The notes below the pieces were generated by a model, which ran no database searches, was not told where the DNA came from, and saw only the letters and a program-made list of their open reading frames with translations. Positions 55,340-64,000 of a DNA stretch of 64,000 nt are shown here, one piece after another; the stretch's first letter is position 1; the number at the start of each line of letters is the position of its first letter. The position numbers and the translations under genes were made by a program. Location of the stretch: the NCBI GenBank assembly GCA_951406725.2, contig OX597834.1, forward strand, positions 29,078,001 to 29,142,000. The letters run 5' to 3'. The DNA comes from Octopus vulgaris (lineage: Eukaryota).

Positions 55340-57500
55340 ATAGGAGAAAAAGAAGGAAAGAAAAAGAGAGGGAATTCGAAAGAATTTCTATATATCAGTG
55401 TGTGTGTGTGTGTGTGTGCATGCGTACATCAGTGTATGTATATTTGTATATAAGTAGTAAAGAGTGTGTATATGCATATGGGCAAGTATTGATGTATGTA
55501 TGCCTATAGAATCAAGTATGCATACCTGTGTGTGTGTGTGTGCATGTGTGTGTGTGTGTGTGCATGTGTGTATGAGTGTGTGTGCATGAGTATATGTGTG
55601 CATGAGTATGTGTGTGTGTATGTGTGCGCATGTATGTATGCCTATAGAATCAAGTGTGTGTGTGTGCATGTGTGTATGAGTGTGTGTGTGTACATGTGTG
55701 TATGAGTGTGTGTGCATGAGTATATGTGTGCATGAGTATGTGTGTGTGTGTGTGTGTGTGTATGTGTGCGCATGTGTGTATAGGAGAAAGAGAGGGAATT
55801 CGAAAGAATTTCTATATATCAGTGTGTGTGCGTGTGTGTGTGCATACATCAGTGTATGTATATTTGTATATAGGTAGTAAAGAGTGTGTATATGCATATG
55901 GGCAAGTATTGATGTATGTATGCCTATAGAATCAAGTATGCATACCTGTGTGTGTGTGTGTGCATGTGTGTGTGTGTGTGTGTGCATGTGTGTATGAGTG
56001 TGTGAGCATGAGTATATGTGTGAATGAGTATGTGTGTGTGTATGTGTGCGCATGTATGTATGCCTATAGAATCAAGTGTGTGTGTGTGCATGTGTGTATG
56101 AGTGTGTGTGTGTACATGTGTGTATGAGTGTGTGTGCATGAGTATATGTGTGCATGAGTATGTGTGTGTGTGTGTGTGTGTGTATGTGTGCGCATGTGTG
56201 TATAGGAGAAAGAGAGGGAATTCGAAAGAATTTCTATATATCAGTGTGTGTGCGTGTGTGTGTGCATACATCAGTGTATGTATATTTGTATATAAGTAGT
56301 AAAGAGTGTGTATATGCATATGGGCAAGTATTGATGTGTGTATGCCTATAGAATCAAGTATACATACGTGTGTGTGTGTTTGTGCATGTGTGTATGAGTG
56401 TGTGTGTGTGTGTGTGTGCATGTGTGCATGTGTGTATGAGTGTGTGTGCATGAGTATATGTGTGCATGAGTATGTGTGTGTGTATGTGTGTGCATGTGTG
56501 TATAGGAGAAAGAGAGGGAATTCGAAAGAATTTCTATATATCAGTGTGTGTGTGTGTGCATACATCAGTGTATGTATATTTGTATATAGGTAGTAAAGAG
56601 TGTGTATATGCATATGGGCAAGTATTGATGTATGTATGCCTATAGAATCAAGTATACATATGTGTGTGTGTGCATGTGTGTATGAGTGTGTGTGTGTGTG
56701 TATGTGTGTGTGTGTGTGTGTGTATGAGTGTGTGTGTATGTGTGTGTGTGTGTGTACATCAGTGTATGTATATTTGTATATAAGTAGTAAAGAGTGTGTA
56801 TATGCATATGGGCAAGTATTGATGTATGTATGCCTATAGAATCAAGTATACATATGTGTGTGTGTGTGCATGTGTGTATGAGTGTGTGTGTGTGTGTATG
56901 TGTGTGTGTGTGCGTGTGTATGAGTGTGTGTGTATGTGTGTGTGTGTGTGTACATCAGTGTATGTATATTTGTATATCAAGTAGTAAAGAGTGTGTATAT
57001 GCATATGGGCAAGTATTGATGTATGTATGCCTATAGAATCAAGTATACATATGTGTGTGTGTGCATGGGTGTATGAGTGTGTGCGTGTGTGTGTATGTGT
57101 GTATGAGTGTGCGTGTGTGTGTGCATGTGTGTATGCATGTGTGTATGAGTGTGTGTGCATGAGTATATGTGTGTGTGTGTGTATGTGTGCGCATGTATGT
57201 ATGCCTATAGAATCAAGTGTGTGTGTGTGCATGTGTGTATGAGTGTGTGTGTGTGTGTGCATGTGTGTATGAGTGTGTGTGCATGAGTATATGTGTGCAT
57301 GAGTATGTGTGTATGTGTGCGCATGTATGTATAGGAGAAAGAGAGGGAATTCGAAAGAATTTCTATATATCAGTGTGTGTGTGTGTGTGTGTGTGTGTGC
57401 ATACACCAGTGTATGTATATATGTATATAAGTAGTAAAGAGTGTGTGTGTGTGTGTGTGTGCGTGCATGTATGTATGCCTATAGAATCAAGTGTGTGTGT
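55340..57500. repeat. Complex higher-order satellite of conserved blocks and (TG)n/TGCA spacers
   Basis: AGAGAGGGAATTCGAAAGAATTTCTATATATCAG occurs 5 times and GTAGTAAAGAG..GGCAAGTATTGATG..GCCTATAGAATCAAG 6-7 times; longest period about 420 bp. Confidence 0.9.
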
Positions 57501-57715
57501 GTGTGCATGTGTGTATGAGTGTGTGTGTGTGTGTGTGTGTGTGAGCGAAATGTATAGAAGTGTAAAAGCGAAAGGCCTTCTGTGTCCGTGTGTTCGAACT
57601 GTAGATGGCTGCTAACAGTTCTGCCTGCTTAAATAATCTGCTTATCAGCCTCTCCTGAGAGGGCATCTGTCTGTCTGTCTGTCTGTTTTTGCCTACCTGT
57701 CTATATATCTCACTC

Positions 57716-57768
<53 letters not shown>

Positions 57769-57809
57769 ATTGTCCGGCTGTCAGATCTCTCTCTCTCTCT
57801 TTTTCTATT

Positions 57810-57854
<45 letters not shown>

Positions 57855-57943
57855 CTGTATACACACACACGCACACGCACGCACGCGCGCACACACAAAC
57901 ACAAACACACACAAACACAAACACACACAAACACAAACACACA

Positions 57944-57997
<54 letters not shown>

Positions 57998-58048
57998 CAC
58001 AAACACACAAACACACAAACACACACACAAACACAAACACACAAACAA

Positions 58049-58098
<50 letters not shown>

Positions 58099-58220
58099 CC
58101 ATCTATCAGTCTCTCTTTCTCTCTCTCTCTCTCTCTACATCTATCCGCTCATCTGTTTGCGTCTTCTCTGCCTGTCTCCTTGCTTGTTTATCCATTTACA
58201 TATCTCAGTGTTAATGATGC

Positions 58221-58259
<39 letters not shown>

Positions 58260-58548
58260 CAACGGTGGTAGTGCTGGTGTTGATAACCACTTTTAGTGCC
58301 AACAGGAAATGGATGCATAAAGTAAGGCTGACAGTGACAAACTACTGGAGTATAGGTGGTGGTGGTGGTGGTGGTGGTGGTAGTGGGGGGGGGGGTGGAT
58401 GATGGCAGTGGTGGTGGTGGTGGTGGTGGTGGTGGTTTTGGTGGTAGTTGTGTGGTGGTTATTGTTGTTGTTGCTTGTGATGATGATGATGCTCGTTGTA
58501 GTGATGTTGGTCTTAGCGGTGTTGATAGGATGTGCAAAATCTATTATC

Positions 58549-58593
<45 letters not shown>

Positions 58594-58634
58594 GGTGATG
58601 ATGATGATGATGATGATGATGGTGATGATGATGG

Positions 58635-58705
<71 letters not shown>

Positions 58706-59049
58706 GTGATGGTGGTGGTGGCAGTTTTGGTGGTGGGGATTGATGTGATATTTGTTGTGTTGTTTTTTCCCTCCCCTCCCACTTTTGCTGTGGTGCTGGT
58801 GTGGGAGTTGCAGTGGATAAGTTTGTAATGGCAGTAGTTGTGATGGTGGTGGTGGTGGTGGTGGTTGTGGTGTAGCGAAAACTATTCAAACTCCTCAGAT
58901 TTCTACATATATACATGCATATGTTCACATATACATACACACACACACACGTATATATATATATATATACAGACATATATACACATATAAACAATAAACA
59001 TACTTCATACAAACATACATTACATACTTCTTCCATATATATATATATA

Positions 59050-59101
<52 letters not shown>

Positions 59102-59117
59102 TGTGTGTGTGTATGTG

Positions 59118-59148
<31 letters not shown>

Positions 59149-59212
59149 ATATACGTGTAATATATATATATATGTGTGTGTATATATATGTATATATATA
59201 TGTGTGTATGTG

Positions 59213-59253
<41 letters not shown>

Positions 59254-59717
59254 ATGTGTATATATATATGTGTGTATGTGCATGTATATATATATACACA
59301 CATATGTATACTTACATCTTATACATACAGATATACACACACATACATAAATGGATAGGGGCAGATTGACAGGTACACAAATATGCTAATATACCAAAAA
59401 TAAGTTTACATCCCTGAACAATACAGCACTCCTGTTTATCAGCCTCTCTTGAACACTAAACTCCTGCAAACGGTAGAGAGAAACCATGGCACCATCCTGT
59501 GAACTTTGAAACAAAGTCAGTAACATAAAGTGTAGGCCTGGTTGTGTGGTCAAGGAAGCCACTTTGCAGGTGTGACGTTTCAGAGCTGATCTCACTGCGG
59601 GTCACTTTGGGCCAGTGTCTTCTGTTACATCTTTGCGGTCACTAAGCCTTGTGAGTGAAATTTCAGAGATTAAAATATTGGCTAAGTCCATTGTATGAGT
59701 ATACATGTATGCATTTA

Positions 59718-60103
59718 GGAGGCGCAATGGCCCAGTGGTTAGGGCAGCGGACTCGCGGTCATAGGATCGCGGTTTCGATTCCCAGACCGGGCGTTGTGAG
59801 TGTTTATTGAGCAAAACACCTAAAAGCTCCACAAGGCTCCGGCAGGGGATGGTGGTGATCCCTGCTGTACTCTTTCACCACAACTTTCTCTCACTCTTAC
59901 TTCCTGTTTCTGTTGTACCTGTATTTCAAAGGGCCGGCCTTGTCACTCTCTGTGTCACGCTGAATATCCCCGAGAACTACGTTAAGGGTACACGTGTCTG
60001 TGGAGTGCTCAGCCACTTACACGTTAATTTCATGAGCAGGCTGTTCCGTTGATTCGGATCAACCGGAACCCTCGTCATCGTAACCGATGGAGTGCTTCCA
60101 TTC
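59718..60103 (+). mobile_element. SINE family C with 14-bp TSD
   Basis: TSD CATGTATGCATTTA (59704-59717, 60104-60117). Confidence 0.9.
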
Positions 60104-60313
60104 CATGTATGCATTTACACACACACACACACACACGTATATGTAGTATGTAAATATGTATTTATACATATGATAAATGGCAAAGGAACAAGAAAATATG
60201 CAATGAACTTTATTAGGGTACACCTGTTTCTGGCATATGTTGTAATGCACCCAGAGGTAAGTGGTTGGTTGTGCATCATCTTATAGCTTCCTTGGAACCT
60301 CTAAAATGAAGTG

Positions 60314-60347
<34 letters not shown>

Positions 60348-60380
60348 GTAAAATAATATGTGACAATTATTCGGTAGCCA

Positions 60381-60443
60381 AGATAAAACTCTGAGTTTCA
60401 GATGCCGAGGTGGAAATCCACACCACCATCTCTTCAGTTATCT
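60381..60443 (-). ncRNA. Type I hammerhead motif, left arm
   Basis: AGAUAA-CUGAAGA-GAUG..CAUC-U-GAAAC-UCAGA-GUU^UUAUCU. Confidence 0.7.
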
Positions 60444-60464
60444 GATAGCGTTTTTCAGATGGCC

Positions 60465-60527
60465 AGATAACTGAAGAGATAGGGGTGTGGATTTCCACCT
60501 CGGCATCCGAAACTCAGCGTTTTATCT
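60465..60527 (+). ncRNA. Type I hammerhead motif, right arm
   Basis: AGAUAA-CUGAAGA(60471-60477)-GAU..AUC-C-GAAAC(60509)-UCAGC-GUU^UUAUCU. Confidence 0.7.
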
Positions 60528-60704
60528 TGGCTACCGAATAATTATAACATATTATTTTACAGATAAATTCCTCTATTTACATAATATTGAGGTCTCTTTC
60601 TTTCTTTTGTTATCTTACCGTTTTTACCAATTTATATATATATTTATATAGCACTTATATATATAAATACCTCAAATGTGCCTCTGCTGTCAACTCTGTT
60701 TCAT

Positions 60705-61060
60705 GGAGTTGGACTCAGGCAGCAGGCCACACAGAACCCCCAAATTTCGTTTCAGGGACCAGCTCAAGGCTACTTTACTCCACTGCTCCATTGACCCAAA
60801 TACCTGGCAGACAATGGCCAAGGATTGTCCAAAATGGAAGCATATCATTGTCAAAGGAACAGATCTGATGGAAAATAACAAACATCAAGAGGCAGAAATC
60901 AGACATCAAACATTCAAGGAGCGTCTTGCATTTCTTTGTCACCTGCCAGTCTCTGTGATGAATGCCCCTAATTTCTTCTATACCTCTGTTGACCTAAACA
61001 GCCACCTCATACACTGGCATCCTTTGCACCCATCAGGATGAAGATGCTCAAACACTCACT
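60705..61060 (+). pseudogene. RTE-type LINE C-terminal fragment
   Basis: GSRPHRTPKFRFRDQLKATL..IDPNTWQTMAKDCPKWK matches the RTE C-terminal pattern. Confidence 0.65.
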
Positions 61061-61096
61061 GTAGATTAATCACTCAGACATGAGTTAATGCCGCTG

Positions 61097-61142
<46 letters not shown>

Positions 61143-61197
61143 TATAGCCTCATGAGTATAGCCTCAACCACTAGGATGTCTAGAGAACTCACATGTA

Positions 61198-61288
61198 TTT
61201 TAGCTGATGAGTACGGGACACGTTTATATGCTGTAATTTTTGCAACTTTTAATAAAGCCTGTCCTTGTATGAAACGATTGTACTAAAA
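61198..61288 (+). ncRNA. Type I hammerhead ribozyme with canonical core
   Basis: UUUUAG-CUGAUGA(61204-61210)-GUACGGGACA..UGUCCUUGUAU-GAAAC(61271)-GAUU-GUA^CUAAAA; 6-bp stem I, ~10-bp stem II; element about 61140-61320 is flanked by (TA)n. Confidence 0.8.
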
Positions 61289-61339
61289 ACCTATCCATTC
61301 TTGTTGCTTCTTTCTCGCTTATATACATATATATATATA

Positions 61340-61570
61340 TAACTAATGTAGGATAAAATTTTTTTCGAAAAAAAATTTTATCAATGGCCAGCATATCAAA
61401 AAATACCTTTAAAGGTTAAATTTATAAATAACTTATAAAATAAGGGCAAAAGAAAAATTCTAATGCCAAATATGCATTATGTGCATAAATTATAATGGTT
61501 ATTGACAATTTTGTCTTTTTTCGGCATATTTGGCATTAGAATTTTTCTTTTGCCCTTATTTTATAAGTTA
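61340..61570. mobile_element. Second, shorter fold-back copy of the 16702-17124 family
   Basis: 61340-61475 matches about 16701-16838; 61483-61570 is the reverse complement of about 16790-16881; (TA)n on both sides. Confidence 0.85.
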
Positions 61571-61921
61571 TATATATATATACACACACACAAATAAATA
61601 TATATATATATTCAGGCGGTTATGTGTGCATATGTTATCAGCATTTTGTGTGTGTATGTATATACAAATACCTACAAATATTTGTGAATATAAATATTTA
61701 CGTACTTTCTTTAGTATTATATTTCGTTTTGTGGATGGGTGTAAGTATGCTCATATAGCTGTGTATGTATATATAACTATGAATGCATTTATATGACTGT
61801 AATTATGTTTCACTGTTCTTTTTGCATATGTATATATGGTTGTGGATGAGTTTATGCACATTTGTGTATAATGCTATGTGTGTGTGTAGTTATACATGCA
61901 TAACATAACACTTCGTGTGTA

Positions 61922-62297
61922 TTACTCTTTTACTCTTTTACTTGTTTCAGTCATTTGACTGCGGCCATGCTGGAGCACCGCCTTTAGTCGAGCAAATCGA
62001 CCCCGGGACTTATTCTATCGGTCTCTTTTGCTGAACCGCTAAGTGACGGGGACATAAACACACCAGCAATCGGTTGTCAAGCAATGCTAGGGGGACAAAC
62101 ACAGACACACACACATATATATATACATATATACGAGAGGCTTCTTTCAGTTTCTGTCTACCAAATCCACTCACAAGGCATTGGTTGGCCCAGGGCTATA
62201 ACAGAAGGCACTTGCCCAAGATGCCATGCAGTGGGACTGAACCCGGAACCATGTGGCTGGTTAGCAAGCTACTTACCACACAGCCACTCCTGCACCT
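61922..62297 (-). mobile_element. SINE family B, full-length
   Basis: Consensus match. Confidence 0.9.
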
Positions 62298-62604
62298 ATA
62301 TTTATAAATGCATAATATAACTTTCAATTTAATTTATTTCACTCTTTCAATACCCATCATCCTATTCTTCCAATCCCATTACTAATTAGCAATTATTTAT
62401 TTTGTAATTCCAACCCATCACAGCTCGTGAGCTGAAACTAGTTCAGTTCAAATCCAAGGTAAGGTTTTTTCCAATCCATTCTATCTTTCTATTAATTTAA
62501 ACATCTACCCATTGCCAGATATTTAAGTTTCTTAAAAATTAACCAATTGAATAACAGCTCTGTGAATATTTTGCAGCTTATATAATTAAGTATATACATA
62601 CACA

Positions 62605-62975
62605 TATGGAATGTCCTAGTGGAAACCTCAATAAAATTTAAGCACACAAGTCCTGATATAATAATTTGGGATAGAGAAGAGAAACTGTGTGCAGTTGTGG
62701 AAATCAGCTGCCTAGTGGATGTTAACATAAAGCTAAAGATCAGTGAAAAAGCGAACACCTATGCTGAACTATTGAGAAATCTGCAGTTACTCTATCCTGA
62801 TTACAAGTTCAAGTTTATACCTGTAATTATTGGGGCACTGGGATATATAACGCACTGCCTAAGTACCAATTTTGAGAAACTAGTGGCTTCTCAAAGCTGA
62901 TTTGAAGATTATGGATCCAAGCTATCACTGGAACTGCAAAAATCTGTAAAACTTTCCAGAAGTTTATCATTTAAG
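62605..62975 (+). pseudogene. Restriction-like endonuclease domain fragment of an R4/NeSL-type non-LTR retrotransposon
   Basis: KHTSPDIIIWDREEKLCAVVEISC..DVNI..EKANTYAELL..FIPVIIGALG. Confidence 0.8.
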
Positions 62976-63256
62976 TATATATGAGCATGTCTAAGATATG
63001 CAAGTATATGCATGAGAAGATGTACATAAAACATACAAATCTGCAAAATCTGCACGCCTATATACATACATACAAAAATATCCTATTTATGTTGAAATTC
63101 CAATGAAGGAGCCTTGGATCTAGGTTAGAAACCGGTTCTTTCATTATTGGCAAGAAATCTTGAAATAAAACTGAATAAGAGATACATATATGTGTATATG
63201 TGTGTATATGTATGTGTATGTATATGTATGTATATACATGCATGTGTGTGTGTGTA

Positions 63257-63287
<31 letters not shown>

Positions 63288-64000
63288 ATGTGTGTGTGTG
63301 TAAATTTGTACATGTAAACTAACAAAAACTACATTCACCAGTTTTGCTGCTAAAACCTTTTCCCAAAAGAAGCTAAAATAAATGAAGTCCGAATTGAGAT
63401 AAAATGTTGTTAGTTCTTCATTTTACTTGTGGAGTCTGAGAGTGTAAGGATGACTGCAGTAGAAACTAGAGGAATGGTAAGGTGGTGGAGGATGGTACAG
63501 GAATGGTAAGGAGGAAAGTGAGAAGGAGAGTGCTGGTAGCACTGTGGTGGTAGTGGCAGTGGTGGTGATCTTAGTTGTGACAATGATGGTGACCAACATC
63601 ATCATCATCATCATCCTCATGATGTTAGTAGTAGTAGTGATGATCATGGTGGTGATGGTGACGAGGAAGGAGAGGTGAGAGGAAGGATGAGCCAGAAGAA
63701 AGAAAGAAAGAAAGAATGGAAGAAAGAAAAAGGTAATGAGGGGAAAGAGAATTTAAAGAGGAAGTTGGTCAATGGAAACAGTCAGAGAAAGAGACACTAG
63801 AGAGAAAGAGAGAGGGGGAGAGAAAGAGTGAGAGCGAAAGAGTGTGTAGAGACAGAGAGAGAGAGAGAAAGAGTGTGTGAGAGAGAGTGAGAGATAGAGA
63901 GCAAGAGAGAATAAAAGAGAGTGAGAGAGAGTGAAAGAGAGATGGTAAGAGAGTGAGGGAAAGAGAGAGAGAGAGTGAAAGAGAGATGGTAAGAGAGTGA

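Larger units (their letters stand above)
60346..60632. mobile_element. Fold-back element with ~99-bp inverted arms, each carrying a hammerhead, inserted in (TA)n
   Basis: Arms 60346-60444 and 60464-60562; 19-nt spacer; ~70-nt extra tail on the right. Confidence 0.85.

Noticed and set aside
62410-62450. AGCTC/GAGCT-GAAACTAGTT hammerhead-like 3' half
   Set aside because: The upstream core (CCCATCA) matches only 4 of 7 positions.

Overview
AT-rich animal (eukaryotic) genomic DNA, saturated with microsatellites and interspersed repeats. The repeat families and microsatellite density resemble an octopus/coleoid cephalopod genome; this is an inference from recognition, not a database result. No intact host protein-coding exon could be recognised, and almost all ORFs in the track are microsatellite or SINE read-through artefacts. 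The window holds dozens of copies of tRNA-headed SINE families (here A, B, C), a headless (GAT)n-tailed retroposon (D) and a (TAA)n-embedded 556-bp element (F). It also holds decayed LINE fragments (R4/Dong-like, Hero-like, RTE, L1/Tx1-like), two copies of one mariner family, a piggyBac-type MITE, a non-autonomous Helitron and complex satellites. The main result is about 15 type I hammerhead-ribozyme motifs (intact, variant or decayed) from at least 7 sequence families. Most sit in short non-coding elements inserted in (TA)n/(TCTA)n arrays, often with fold-back architecture typical of Penelope-like element pseudo-LTRs. These include a family with a shared CUGU (A6U) core variant and an inverted pair of ribozymes. 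All structure calls were made by eye and are untested.
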